Shown here: piece after piece, positions 18,955 to 28,547 of the stretch | How positions within the stretch are numbered: position 1 is the first letter of the stretch | Layout: every line of letters begins with the position of its first letter | From: an uncultured Desulfuromonadales bacterium | Lineage (GTDB): Bacteria > Desulfobacterota > Desulfuromonadia > Desulfuromonadales > Geopsychrobacteraceae | DNA length: 54,655 nucleotides | Direction: 5' to 3' | Assembly (NCBI GenBank): GCA_947259715.1 | Contig: CAMYNR010000097.1 | Coordinates: forward strand, 1 to 54,655 | Position numbers and translations under genes: made by a program | The notes under the pieces: model-generated | Seen by the model: the letters and a program-made list of their open reading frames with translations, nothing else | What the model was told of the DNA's origin: nothing | Database searches by the model: none

Positions 18955-19476
18955 ATGGAGCAGGCGATTATTCAGGTCTACACCGGCCCCGGCAAGGGGA
19001 AAACCACCGCCGCCACCGGCCTGATAATCCGCGCCCTGGGGCAGGGCTGCAAGGTGCTGCTGGTTCGTTTTCTCAAGCCTGAGCAACCGCAGAGCAGTGA
19101 ACTGCTGATTTTGGAAAAACTCGCCGGCCTGGATATCATAACCGCCGGGCTCGGTGGCATCGATGCCCGCAAGCAGCCGGAACGACTGCAGCAGAATGTC
19201 AGTCAAACTCTTAGCCAGGTGCGGCCGATGATCATCGGCGGGTTTTACGACCTGGTCGTTTTGGATGAGTTTAATCCGGTGCTGCACAAAGGCTATCTGC
19301 CCCTTGAGCAGGGGCTGGAACTGCTACGCCAGCGGCCGGCCCACACCGAGCTGGTGCTGACCGGCCGGAATGCTCCGGCGGAAGTTCTTGAGCTGGCCGA
19401 GCTGGTGACGGTGATGGAGGCGCAACGGCACCCCTTTGCTGATGGCCTGGCGGCTCGGGCAGGAATTGAATATTAG
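18955..19476 (+). CDS. cobO: Cob(I)alamin adenosyltransferase (CobO/BtuR family)
   Basis: VYTGPGKGKTTAA, LVVLDE, ELVLTGR, GIEY. Confidence 0.92.
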   Translation: MEQAIIQVYTGPGKGKTTAATGLIIRALGQGCKVLLVRFLKPEQPQSSELLILEKLAGLDIITAGLGGIDARKQPERLQQNVSQTLSQVRPMIIGGFYDLVVLDEFNPVLHKGYLPLEQGLELLRQRPAHTELVLTGRNAPAEVLELAELVTVMEAQRHPFADGLAARAGIEY

Positions 19477-19499
19477 CAGCAGATCCTACGGAGGATGCG

Positions 19500-20021
19500 A
19501 TGGCCAAGATGGTCTATATCACCGGTGGAGCCCGTTCCGGAAAAAGCAGCTATGCCCAGCAGCTGGTCGAGGAGCATCCCGGCAAGCTGCTTTATATCGC
19601 GCCTGCCCGGGTCGAGGATGACGAAATGGCTGAGCGGGTTGCGCGCCACCAGCAGGCGCGCGAAGAACGCTGGCAGCTGTTGGAAGAGCCGCTCTGGTTG
19701 GCTGAATGCCTGGAAACCAGCGCCGCCGGGCATGGTGCACTGCTGCTCGATTGCGTCACCCTCTGGCTGACAAACCTGTATTTTCACCTGGAAGAGAAGC
19801 AGGGGCCGGTGCTGGCGGAGGTTGATCGACTGATCGAGCTGGTCTGGCAGCTTGAAGAACCGCTCTATCTGGTCTCTAACGAGCTGGGCAGCGGAATTGT
19901 TCCGGAAAATCGCCTGGCCCGTAGGTTTCGTGATCTGGCCGGGATTGTCAACCAGCGGCTGGCCGCCGCTGCCGATGAGGCCTGGCTGGTGGTTTCCGGG
20001 TTGCCGATAAAGTTGAAATAA
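19500..20021 (+). CDS. cobU: Adenosylcobinamide kinase/cobinamide-phosphate guanylyltransferase
   Basis: TGGARSGKS, LLDCVTLW, VSNELGSG, VSGLP. Confidence 0.95.
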   Translation: MAKMVYITGGARSGKSSYAQQLVEEHPGKLLYIAPARVEDDEMAERVARHQQAREERWQLLEEPLWLAECLETSAAGHGALLLDCVTLWLTNLYFHLEEKQGPVLAEVDRLIELVWQLEEPLYLVSNELGSGIVPENRLARRFRDLAGIVNQRLAAAADEAWLVVSGLPIKLK

Positions 20022-20024
20022 TCC

Positions 20025-20053
20025 ATAGGGGCACCATCCTATGGCGCCCCTAC
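20025..20053. repeat. GTAG-type REP-like palindrome (single)
   Basis: taggggc-a-ccat/cct/atgg-c-gccccta-c. Confidence 0.6.
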
Positions 20054-20070
20054 GCTGTGGAGAAAATGAG

Positions 20071-21132
20071 ATGTCCCAATTCGACCTGCAGGCGGTCCTC
20101 GCCCGCATCCAGCCGGTCAGCGAGAAAAAACTGGCTGAGATACAATCTCGCATCGATCGGCAGGCCAAGCCGGTCGGCTCGCTGGGGCGGCTTGAAGAGT
20201 TCGCCCGACGTTATGTGGCGATCACCGGTCGCGAAGAGATCCGCGACAAGCGGATCTATACCTTCGCCGGCGATCACGGCGTAGCCGCTGAGGGAGTCAG
20301 TGCCTTCCCGCAGGAAGTGACCCCGCAGATGGTTTACAATTTTGTCGATGGTGGGGCTTCGATTAATGCTTTGGCCCGCCACGCCGGTGCCGATGTCCAG
20401 GTTGTCGACCTGGGAGTGGCCACCGAATTTGACGATCTGCCCGGCCTGATCAAGCGCAAGATTGCCAAGGGCACAGCTAATTTTACCCAGGGGCCGGCGA
20501 TGAGTCGCGACCAGGCGCTGCAGGCGCTGGCGACAGGCGTCGAAATGGCCGCCCGGGCCAAAGCCGATGATGTCGATCTGGTCGGCACCGGCGATATGGG
20601 CATCGCCAACACCACCCCCTCGGCGGCGATCGCCGCCGCTCTCTGCAGATTGCAGCCGGAGCAGGTGACCCACCGTGGCACCGGCATTGATGACGATACT
20701 CTGGCCAAGAAAATCAAGGTGATCAATAAAGGCTTGGAAGTCAATCAACCCGATCCGAACGATCCCATCGATGTGCTGGCCAAGGTGGGTGGGTTTGAGA
20801 TTGGCGGGATCGCCGGATTGGTGCTCGGCTGCGCCGCAGAGCGGCTGCCGGTGGTGGTGGACGGGTTTATCTCTACTGCCGGGGCATTGCTCGCCTGCGA
20901 ACTGCATCCGCAGGTGCGCGATTATGTTTTCGCTGCCCACCAGTCGGTGGAGATCGGCCATCGGCATATGCTGGCCCGGATCGGTCAGCAACCGATGCTT
21001 GACCTCGATCTGCGGCTCGGCGAAGGGACCGGCGGAGCTCTGGCGATGACCCTTGTTGAAGGAGCGCTGCGGGTGCTGCGCGAAGTGCTGACCTTTGCCG
21101 AGGCAGGGGTTTCAGAAGGCTCCGATCAGTGA
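20071..21132 (+). CDS. cobT: Nicotinate-nucleotide:benzimidazole phosphoribosyltransferase
   Basis: [33 protein letters not shown]. Confidence 0.95.
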   Translation: MSQFDLQAVLARIQPVSEKKLAEIQSRIDRQAKPVGSLGRLEEFARRYVAITGREEIRDKRIYTFAGDHGVAAEGVSAFPQEVTPQMVYNFVDGGASINALARHAGADVQVVDLGVATEFDDLPGLIKRKIAKGTANFTQGPAMSRDQALQALATGVEMAARAKADDVDLVGTGDMGIANTTPSAAIAAALCRLQPEQVTHRGTGIDDDTLAKKIKVINKGLEVNQPDPNDPIDVLAKVGGFEIGGIAGLVLGCAAERLPVVVDGFISTAGALLACELHPQVRDYVFAAHQSVEIGHRHMLARIGQQPMLDLDLRLGEGTGGALAMTLVEGALRVLREVLTFAEAGVSEGSDQ

Positions 21133-21878
21133 AAGAACGCTGGGCGCTGTTTCGGCTTGCCGGAAGCTTTTTAACCGTTTTTCCCCTCGGCCAGCAGCCG
21201 GATTTCTCCGCCGAGCGACTCGGCCGCAGCATGGGGCTGTTTCCGGCGGTCGGCCTGGCGCTGGGGCTGCTGCTGGTGATCAGTAACTGGCTGCTGAACC
21301 CCTTGCTGCCTCGTGCCGTGGTCGACGGCCTGTTGCTGCTGGTGCTGATCCTGGCGACCGGGGCACTGCACCTGGATGGTGTTGCCGATCTGCTTGATGG
21401 CCTGGCCGGCGGGCGCGATCGCGAAAGTGCTCTACGGATCATGAAGGACAGCCGGGTCGGGGCCATCGGCGCGGTCGGGTTGGTGATGGTGCTGCTGCTG
21501 AAGTTTTTATCCCTCTACCATGTGCCACTGGCACAGAAAAATGCCGCGCTGCTGCTGATGCCGACAGCTGGGCGTTGGTGTCAGGTCTTTCTTGCCAGCT
21601 GCTCCAGCTATATCCGCTCTGCCGGCGGCACCGGTGCTGCCTTCGTCGCCAATGTCGGCCGGTCGGAGCTGTTGCGCGCCGGCCTGACGCTTTTGCTCGC
21701 AGCGTTGCTGCTGCTTGGGGTTGACGGCCTGCTGCTCTGCCTGCTGCTGCTGCTCTCTGCGGCCCTGCTGCTGCACTATTTTGAACGTCGCCTCGGCGGC
21801 GTTTCCGGCGATGTCCTGGGAGCGTCCACTGAACTGACCGAAGTGTTGTGCCTGATTCTGCTTCTGGCCCTGCTTTAG
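21129..21878 (+). CDS. cobS: Cobalamin 5'-phosphate synthase
   Basis: [29 protein letters not shown]. Confidence 0.95.
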   Translation: MKERWALFRLAGSFLTVFPLGQQPDFSAERLGRSMGLFPAVGLALGLLLVISNWLLNPLLPRAVVDGLLLLVLILATGALHLDGVADLLDGLAGGRDRESALRIMKDSRVGAIGAVGLVMVLLLKFLSLYHVPLAQKNAALLLMPTAGRWCQVFLASCSSYIRSAGGTGAAFVANVGRSELLRAGLTLLLAALLLLGVDGLLLCLLLLLSAALLLHYFERRLGGVSGDVLGASTELTEVLCLILLLALL

Positions 21879-21884
21879 AGGAAC

Positions 21885-22052
21885 CTGGATATGCACTTGG
21901 CTCCACCAATCGGCAAACCGGGCTCAGATTTCCCATTTCCAGGGCGCATGAACCCATCCCTGGGGCTTGACTGTCGCCATCCAGGCGCCAGACACCCTTG
22001 CAATGGGAAATCTGAGCCCGGTCCCTGGCCAGTGAGCGAAGTGCATATCCAT
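21885..22052. mobile_element. ~170-bp MITE-like structured repeat, copy 1
   Basis: TIR tggatatgcactt/aagtgcatatcca; internal 18-bp stem; close similarity to 48649-48818; tagaggaa repeated on both sides. Confidence 0.75.
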
Positions 22053-22066
22053 AGATAGAGGAATTC

Positions 22067-22675
22067 ATGCATAAGCCGACCCGTCTTCATCTGTTGCGTC
22101 ATGGCCAGGTTGAAGGCTTTGCACAAAAACGCTACAACGGCCAGGCCGATGTTCCTTTGACCTCGCTTGGACAGCGGCAGTCAGCTGCCCTGGCCGACCG
22201 CTTTCAAGGTATGGAGCTGGCCGGAATCTACTCCAGCGACCTGAGCCGCTGCCGGACTGCTGCTGAGCAGATTGCCCAGCGGCACCAGGCCGAGCCGCTC
22301 TACCGGCAGCAGCTGCGCGAACTGGACATCGGCAGCTGGGAGGGGCAGACCTGGCAACAGCTGCAGCAGCAGGACCCGGACCTCTGGCAGGCACGGCTGA
22401 ACGACATTGTCCATGTCGCGCCGCCTGGCGGCGAAAGCCTGCTGCAGCTCGCCGAGCGGGTGCGGCCGGCTATCAGCGCGATCGTCGCCGCTCACCCGGG
22501 TGATGAGCTGGTAGTGGTTGGCCACGGTGGGGTTAACCGGGTGATTCTGCTTGACGCCATCGGCGCACCCCTAAAGCGTCTGTTCCATATTGAGCAGGAC
22601 TACGCCTGCCACAACATCATAGATTACTACCCCGACGGCATCGCCGTGGTGAAACAGCTTAATAGGCCAATATGA
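22067..22675 (+). CDS. cobC: Alpha-ribazole-phosphate phosphatase
   Basis: Histidine phosphatase RHG, SSDLSR, GES, VGHGG; cob context. Confidence 0.9.
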   Translation: MHKPTRLHLLRHGQVEGFAQKRYNGQADVPLTSLGQRQSAALADRFQGMELAGIYSSDLSRCRTAAEQIAQRHQAEPLYRQQLRELDIGSWEGQTWQQLQQQDPDLWQARLNDIVHVAPPGGESLLQLAERVRPAISAIVAAHPGDELVVVGHGGVNRVILLDAIGAPLKRLFHIEQDYACHNIIDYYPDGIAVVKQLNRPI

Positions 22676-24036
22676 GTAGTCCCGACAGGATCCCCGGGTT
22701 GCTGATCGCTGCACCGGCCAGCGGCAGCGGTAAGACCAGCCTGACCCTCGGTCTGATGGCGGCGCTGGTGCGCCGTGGTCTGCAGGTCGCGCCCTTCAAA
22801 ATCGGCCCCGACTATATCGATCCCGGCCATCATGCTGCCGTGTGCCGGCGTCCCTCGCATAATCTGGACAGCTGGTTCTGCAGCAAGAGCCAATTACGGG
22901 ATATTTTTGCCACTGGCAGCCTCGGCGCGCAAATCGCCCTGATTGAAGGGGTGATGGGCCTGTTCGACGGGGTCAGCGGGGGGAGCGAGGAGGGGAGCAG
23001 CGCGCAGATTGCCAAATGGCTCGGCCTGCCGGTGCTACTGGTGGTCGATGCCCGCGCCCAGGCGCGCAGCTTTGCCGCGGTGGTCAAAGGCTTTGCCGAG
23101 TTCGATCCCCAGCTGCAGCTGGCCGGGGTGATCGCCAACCGGGTCGGCAGTGAGCGACACGCCGAGATGTTGCAGGATGCGCTGGCCTCGGTGCCCGGAC
23201 TGCCGCCCCTGCTCGGTTGGCTGCCGCGCCAGGATGATATCAGCCTGCCGGAACGGCACCTCGGCCTGATCACAGCCGACGACCTGCAGGGCGACCACGC
23301 CGAAAAACTTGCCGACTGGGTGGAGCAGCATCTGCAGCTGGATGTCCTGCAGCAGCTGGCCTGCAGCCGGGTGTCCGCAGCAGAGGCACCCTCCCTACGA
23401 CCGGTGGAGAAAAAGCTGCGCATCGGCATCGCGCGCGACCAGGCGTTCTGTTTTTACTATCCCCAGAACCTGATGCTGCTGGAGCAGGCCGGAGCTCAGC
23501 TGGTGGAGTTCTCCCCGCTGCGCGATCAGCGGCTGCCGGATAACCTCGCCGGGCTCTATCTCGGCGGCGGCTATCCCGAGCTGCATGCCCGGCAATTGGC
23601 GCAAAACGCCGGCCTGCGGCAGCAGATTCTGGAGCAGGCCGAAGCCGGACTGCCGATCTATGCAGAGTGCGGCGGTTTCATGTATCTCTGCCGGGCGATC
23701 GACAGCTGGTCGATGTGCGGACTCTTCCCGGCCCAGGCCAAAATGCTGCCGCGCCGCCGGGCGCTCGGCTACCGACAGGTGGAATTGACTGCCGACAGCT
23801 TACTCGGGCCACTGGGCACTCAGGTCCGCGGGCATGAGTTTCATTACTCTGAAGTTGAGATGCCGCTGACCCTGGAGCGTTGCTACCGACTGGGTCGGCG
23901 CGGCGGCGAGCCGCTGGCGAGGGAAGGCTACCGCTATAAAAACGTGCTTGGATCTTATATCCATCTGCATTTTGGCAGTAACCCGCAGGTGGCAGAAAAT
24001 TTTGTCAATTTTTGTCTGCAAACGTTAACAGCTTAA
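22672..24036 (+). CDS. cbiA: Cobyrinate a,c-diamide synthase
   Basis: SGSGKT, FKIGPDYIDP, EGVMGLFDG, GGGYPE, AECGG, GHEFHYS. Confidence 0.95.
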   Translation: MSSPDRIPGLLIAAPASGSGKTSLTLGLMAALVRRGLQVAPFKIGPDYIDPGHHAAVCRRPSHNLDSWFCSKSQLRDIFATGSLGAQIALIEGVMGLFDGVSGGSEEGSSAQIAKWLGLPVLLVVDARAQARSFAAVVKGFAEFDPQLQLAGVIANRVGSERHAEMLQDALASVPGLPPLLGWLPRQDDISLPERHLGLITADDLQGDHAEKLADWVEQHLQLDVLQQLACSRVSAAEAPSLRPVEKKLRIGIARDQAFCFYYPQNLMLLEQAGAQLVEFSPLRDQRLPDNLAGLYLGGGYPELHARQLAQNAGLRQQILEQAEAGLPIYAECGGFMYLCRAIDSWSMCGLFPAQAKMLPRRRALGYRQVELTADSLLGPLGTQVRGHEFHYSEVEMPLTLERCYRLGRRGGEPLAREGYRYKNVLGSYIHLHFGSNPQVAENFVNFCLQTLTA

Positions 24037-24098
24037 CCGCAGAGGACGTAGTGATCAGACCCGAAAAACTCAGCGATCTCTGCGTCCTCTGCGGTCAA
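24033..24098. repeat. CGCAGAG-type inverted repeat element
   Basis: accgcagaggacgtagtgatc...gatctctgcgtcctctgcggt. Confidence 0.7.
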
Positions 24099-24126
24099 AA
24101 ATGATTGTAATCAGGAGGAAGTTACT

Positions 24127-25434
24127 GTGAAAACCCAGATCGAATTTGCCCGTGAGGGCGTTGTGACCCCGCAGATGAGCTCGGTTGCCGAGCGGGAGAA
24201 TATCGCCGCAGAATATGTCCGCGAGCAGGTTGCTCTCGGCACCATCGTCATTCCCTGGAACCATGAGCGAAAACCGCAGGCGGTCGGCATCGGCAAGGGC
24301 CTGGCGACCAAGGTCAACGCTTCCATCGGCACCAGCTCCGATATCGTTGATTACGCCGCCGAAGTGCGCAAGGCCAAAGCGGCGGAGCAGGCCGGGGCCG
24401 ACACCCTGATGGAGCTTTCCGTCGGCGGCGATCTCGACCGGGTGCGGCGCGAGGTGATCGCTGCGGTCGAGCTGCCGGTCGGCAATGTGCCGCTCTACCA
24501 GGCTTTTTGCGAAGCGGCCCGCAAGTACGGCGATCCGAACAAGTTGGATGAAGAGCTGCTGTTCGATACCATCGAGCAGCAGTGCGCCGACGGCATGGCC
24601 TTTATGGCGGTGCACTGCGGGATCAATCTGTACACCATCGAGCGGTTGCGCAAGCAGGGCTACCGTTATGGTGGCCTGGTCAGCAAAGGCGGGGTTTCGA
24701 TGGTCGCCTGGATGATGGCCAATGGCAAAGAGAATCCGCTTTATGAAAAATTTGACCGGGTGATCGAAATCCTCAAAAAATACGATACGGTGCTGTCCCT
24801 CGGCAACGGCCTGCGGGCCGGTTCGATCCACGACTCCCACGACCGGGCGATGGTCCAGGAGCTGCTGATCAACTGCGAACTTGCCGAGCTGGGTCGCGAT
24901 ATGGGCTGCCAGATGCTGGTCGAAGGGCCGGGTCATATGCCGCTTGATGAAATTGAAACCAACGTCAAGTTGCAGAAGCGGATGAGCGGCGATGCTCCCT
25001 ATTATATGCTCGGACCGATCTCTTCCGACGTGGCGCCCGGTTATGACCATATCACCGCCGCCATCGGCTCCGCTCAGTCGAGTCGCTACGGCGCTGATCT
25101 GATTTGCTACATCACTCCGGCCGAGCACCTGGCGCTGCCCAATGAGCAGGATGTCATCGACGGCGTTAAAGCGGCCAAGGTCGCGGCTTATGTCGGTGAT
25201 ATGAACAAGTACCCGGAAAAGGGCCGCGAGCGGGATAAGCAGATGAGCAAGGCGCGCCGCGACCTGAACTGGCAGAAGCAGTTCGACCTGGCTTTGTTCC
25301 CCGAAGATGCGGCCGCGATCCGTGCCAGCCGGGTGCCGGAGGATGAGGATACTTGCACCATGTGCGGCGATTTCTGCGCTTCGCGCGGCGCGGGGGAGTT
25401 GTTCAAGAAGGATCTGTGCGGGGATAAGATCTGA
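24127..25434 (+). CDS. bzaF: ThiC-family radical SAM enzyme, probable 5-hydroxybenzimidazole synthase
   Basis: KVNASIGTS, EGPGH, PGYDH, TPAEHL, C-terminal CTMCGDFC; embedded in B12-riboswitch operon; GTG start with SD AGGAGG. Confidence 0.8.
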   Translation: MKTQIEFAREGVVTPQMSSVAERENIAAEYVREQVALGTIVIPWNHERKPQAVGIGKGLATKVNASIGTSSDIVDYAAEVRKAKAAEQAGADTLMELSVGGDLDRVRREVIAAVELPVGNVPLYQAFCEAARKYGDPNKLDEELLFDTIEQQCADGMAFMAVHCGINLYTIERLRKQGYRYGGLVSKGGVSMVAWMMANGKENPLYEKFDRVIEILKKYDTVLSLGNGLRAGSIHDSHDRAMVQELLINCELAELGRDMGCQMLVEGPGHMPLDEIETNVKLQKRMSGDAPYYMLGPISSDVAPGYDHITAAIGSAQSSRYGADLICYITPAEHLALPNEQDVIDGVKAAKVAAYVGDMNKYPEKGRERDKQMSKARRDLNWQKQFDLALFPEDAAAIRASRVPEDEDTCTMCGDFCASRGAGELFKKDLCGDKI

Positions 25435-25435
25435 C

Positions 25436-25513
25436 GTAGGGGCGAACCTTGTGTTCGCCCTGTTCCGCAATATGCTGTCATTAAAGCAGGGCGAACACAA
25501 GGTTCGCCCCTAC
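25436..25513. repeat. GTAG-type REP doublet (REPIN-like)
   Basis: gtaggggcgaaccttgtgttcgccctg...cagggcgaacacaaggttcgcccctac perfect inverted pair. Confidence 0.85.
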
Positions 25514-25527
25514 AAATTGGAAATCAC

Positions 25528-26157
25528 ATGTCCGAAGGCCCAACCATCCTTAAACCGGAAGAGATCGAAAGCGAAAGTTTCCGCATCATCGACAGCGAAG
25601 TCGGCCCGCACCCGTTTGATGCCCGGCAGTGGCCGGTGGTGCGGCGGATCATCCATACCACCGCCGATTTCGAGCTGGCGAAGACCAGCTGTTTTTCGCC
25701 CGGAGTCATCGAGCGGGCGCTGCAGGCGTTGCGTGGCGGAGCGAAAATTCTCTGCGACACCAACATGGTGCTCTCAGGGGTCAACAAGGCCCGGCTGGCA
25801 AAATTGGGCGGCAGCATCGCCTGTCATGTCGCCGACCCGCAAGTCGCCCTTGAGGCCAAAGCGGCCGGCCTGACCCGCTCGACCTTTGCCCTGCGCAAGG
25901 GGGTGGCCGAAGGCTGTTCGATCTTCCTGATCGGTAACGCACCGACGGCGCTGTTTGAATTGTTGCGCCTGGCTGAGAGTGGTGAGGTGCAGCCGGAGTT
26001 GATCGTTGGGGTGCCGGTCGGTTTTGTCGGTGCGGCGGAATCGAAGGAAGCCCTTATGGCCACCGACCTGTCCTATATCAGCATTGCTGGGCGCAAGGGT
26101 GGTTCAGCGATTGCCGCGGCCATCCTCAATGCCCTGATGCTTCAAGCGGAGGGCTGA
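25528..26157 (+). CDS. cbiC: Cobalt-precorrin-8 methylmutase
   Basis: IESESFRII, RRIIHTTAD, IGNAPTAL, PVGFVGAAESK, GRKGGS. Confidence 0.95.
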   Translation: MSEGPTILKPEEIESESFRIIDSEVGPHPFDARQWPVVRRIIHTTADFELAKTSCFSPGVIERALQALRGGAKILCDTNMVLSGVNKARLAKLGGSIACHVADPQVALEAKAAGLTRSTFALRKGVAEGCSIFLIGNAPTALFELLRLAESGEVQPELIVGVPVGFVGAAESKEALMATDLSYISIAGRKGGSAIAAAILNALMLQAEG

Positions 26158-27212
26158 TGGCCAAACGCCAGCTGCGCAGCGGTTTCACCACCGGCGCCTG
26201 CGCCGCCGCCGCCAGCAAAGGGGCGGCGCTGCTGCTGCGCGATGGGAAACCTGTTGACCGGGTTAAAATAGATTTGCCAGCCGGTTATGCTGCCGAGTTC
26301 GAGCTGCAGCAAGCACGGTTGGATGAAGAGCGCGCCAGCTGTTTCGTGGTCAAGGATGCCGGTGACGACCCGGATGTGACCCATGGCATCGAACTGCATG
26401 CCGAACTGCGCCGCACAGCTGGGCAGGGCCTGGAGATCGTTGCCGGTACCGGCATCGGGCATGTGACCAAGCCGGGGCTGGCGGTGGCGGTCGGGCAGCC
26501 GGCGATCAATCCGGTTCCCCGGCGGATGATCGAGGAGGCGCTGGCCGAGGTCTTTCCGGTCGCAACCGGTTTGCAGCTGACCCTGTCGATTCCCGATGGC
26601 GAACAGCGGGCGGAAAAGACCCTCAACGCCCGACTCGGCATCCTTGGTGGTCTGTCGTTGCTCGGCACCACCGGGGTGGTGCGGCCGATCTCGCACAAAG
26701 CCTGGACCGATACCCTGGAGGTGGCACTGGATGTCGCCCTGGCCGCCGGCTGTCGGCCGGTGGTGCTGTCGACCGGCCGTACCAGCGAAGCCGCCGGGCA
26801 GCAACATTTTTCCCTACCGGAAGAAGCCTTCGTCATGATGGGGGACCATATCGGCTATACCCTGGAGGCCTGTCATCGCAAGGGTGTTCCAGCGGTGGCA
26901 CTGTCGGCCCAGTTTGCCAAACTGGTCAAGATCGCCTGCGGCCATCCCCAGACCCATGTGCGCCACTCACAGCTTGACTTGGCCCGCTTGCTGGCCTGGG
27001 CAGACGAGATCGACCTTGACGCTGCCGATTGTCAAAAGCTAGAGTTGGCCAATACCGCCCGCGAGGTGCTTGAAACCTTTGGCGCCAACTCGCCGCTGGT
27101 TGCCCGGGTGGCCCAAGAAGCTCTGCATCTCTGCCAGGAGCAGCTTCCGGGGACCGAATTGTCGATTCTGCTGGTCGATTACCAGGGCCAGGTTGCACAG
27201 GTTTTTTCGTAA
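26157..27212 (+). CDS. cbiD: Cobalt-precorrin-5B C1-methyltransferase
   Basis: LRSGFTTGACAAAA, KDAGDDPDVTHG, TLNARLGILGGLSLLGTTG. Confidence 0.96.
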   Translation: MAKRQLRSGFTTGACAAAASKGAALLLRDGKPVDRVKIDLPAGYAAEFELQQARLDEERASCFVVKDAGDDPDVTHGIELHAELRRTAGQGLEIVAGTGIGHVTKPGLAVAVGQPAINPVPRRMIEEALAEVFPVATGLQLTLSIPDGEQRAEKTLNARLGILGGLSLLGTTGVVRPISHKAWTDTLEVALDVALAAGCRPVVLSTGRTSEAAGQQHFSLPEEAFVMMGDHIGYTLEACHRKGVPAVALSAQFAKLVKIACGHPQTHVRHSQLDLARLLAWADEIDLDAADCQKLELANTAREVLETFGANSPLVARVAQEALHLCQEQLPGTELSILLVDYQGQVAQVFS

Positions 27213-27219
27213 TTTTATT

Positions 27220-27282
27220 GTAGGGGCAGGCCCCCGTGCCTGCCCGTGTTTAATACGGGCGTCCACAGGGGCGCGCCCCTGC
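27220..27282. repeat. GTAG-type REP doublet
   Basis: gtaggggcaggcccccgtgcctgccc...gggcgtccacaggggcgcgcccctgc. Confidence 0.75.
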
Positions 27283-27319
27283 AGATAGACCCGGGTCCAT
27301 CCCCCAAGGGAGACAAAAG

Positions 27320-28531
27320 ATGAAATCGATCCATGTCATAGGTGCCGGAATTGCCGGCCAGGAAGGGTTCACGCCGCAGGCGCTGGAGCTGATCGAGCAG
27401 GCCGAACTGCTGCTGGGTGCTGATCGGCTGCTGGAGCTGTTTCCGGAATTCACCGGGGAAAAGCTGGCGATCGGCAAAAACCTGGCCGAAGTGGTCGCCC
27501 GCCTGCAGGGATGCGACTGCCGGGCGGTGGTGCTGGCCTCCGGAGATCCGCTGTTTTTTGGTATCGGCCGCTATCTGCTACGCAATCTGCCGGATGAGCT
27601 GATCGAGTTTCTGCCGAATGTCACCTCGGTTCAATATGCTTTCGCCAAAATTCGTGAACCCTGGGACGATGCGGTCTTTGTCTCCGCCCACGGCCGCGAG
27701 CTGAAGGATGCCGTCGACCGGATCGTCGCCAACGATAAGGCGGCAGTGCTGACCGACGAGGTGAACAACCCGGCGGCGATCGCCCGCGAGCTGCTCGGGC
27801 GCCGGCGCGGCGGTTACAAGGCCTACCTTTGCGAGAATCTTGGTACCGAAGATGAACGAATCCGGGTTACCGACGTCAAGGGCTTGCTTGAGCTGAACGC
27901 CGCACCCCTCAACGTTCTGTTGTTGATCAAAGAGTACGAGGATGACGCCCAGCAATATATCCCGACCCTCGGTATTCCCGATGATGAGTTCGTCACGGTG
28001 AAAAAGCTGATCACCAAGGAAGAGGTGCGGGTGGTGACCCTGGCCAAGCTCAAACTGCGCCATGATATGTGCCTCTGGGATATTGGCGCGGGTTCCGGTT
28101 CGATCTGTGTCGAGGCCGATCATCTCCTGCCCAACGGCCGGATCTTCGCCATCGAACGCAATGAGGAGTGCCGCCAGTTCATCAAAGAGAACCTGCGCAA
28201 GTTCAACACCCGCAATGTCTCGTTAATCGAAGGGCTGGCCCCCGATTGCCTGGAAGAGCTGCCCGATCCCGACCGGGTCTTTATCGGTGGCAGCGGCGGC
28301 CGTCTCTGGGAGATCCTCGACACCGTCGATCAGCGGCTTGCCACCGGCGGGCGGATTGTGCTGAACGCCATCACATTGGATACCCTGACCGCAGCCAACG
28401 AATATTTCGGTAACGCCGGTTATGCCGTAGAGGTGGTCACGGTCAATATCGCCCGCACCCGGCCGCTTTCCGACTACAAGATGTTCGAAGCTTACAATCC
28501 GGTCTATATCATCACTGCGGTCAAGGAGTAA
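27320..28531 (+). CDS. cbiET: Bifunctional cobalt-precorrin-7 C5-methyltransferase / cobalt-precorrin-6B C15-methyltransferase
   Basis: SGDPLFFGIG (CbiE) followed by TKEEVR...WDIGAGSGS (CbiT). Confidence 0.93.
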   Translation: MKSIHVIGAGIAGQEGFTPQALELIEQAELLLGADRLLELFPEFTGEKLAIGKNLAEVVARLQGCDCRAVVLASGDPLFFGIGRYLLRNLPDELIEFLPNVTSVQYAFAKIREPWDDAVFVSAHGRELKDAVDRIVANDKAAVLTDEVNNPAAIARELLGRRRGGYKAYLCENLGTEDERIRVTDVKGLLELNAAPLNVLLLIKEYEDDAQQYIPTLGIPDDEFVTVKKLITKEEVRVVTLAKLKLRHDMCLWDIGAGSGSICVEADHLLPNGRIFAIERNEECRQFIKENLRKFNTRNVSLIEGLAPDCLEELPDPDRVFIGGSGGRLWEILDTVDQRLATGGRIVLNAITLDTLTAANEYFGNAGYAVEVVTVNIARTRPLSDYKMFEAYNPVYIITAVKE

Positions 28532-28547
28532 GTTGGTGGCTGGAGGC

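Noticed and set aside
21875-22126. Similar short ORFs here and at 48606-48898 that look like a protein family
   Set aside because: The similarity is just translation of the repeated non-coding element; no SD or consistent start and stop.
24127-25434. Annotation as thiamine biosynthesis thiC
   Set aside because: Context (B12 riboswitch operon, no TPP riboswitch or thi genes) favours bzaF; not formally excluded without an HMM comparison.
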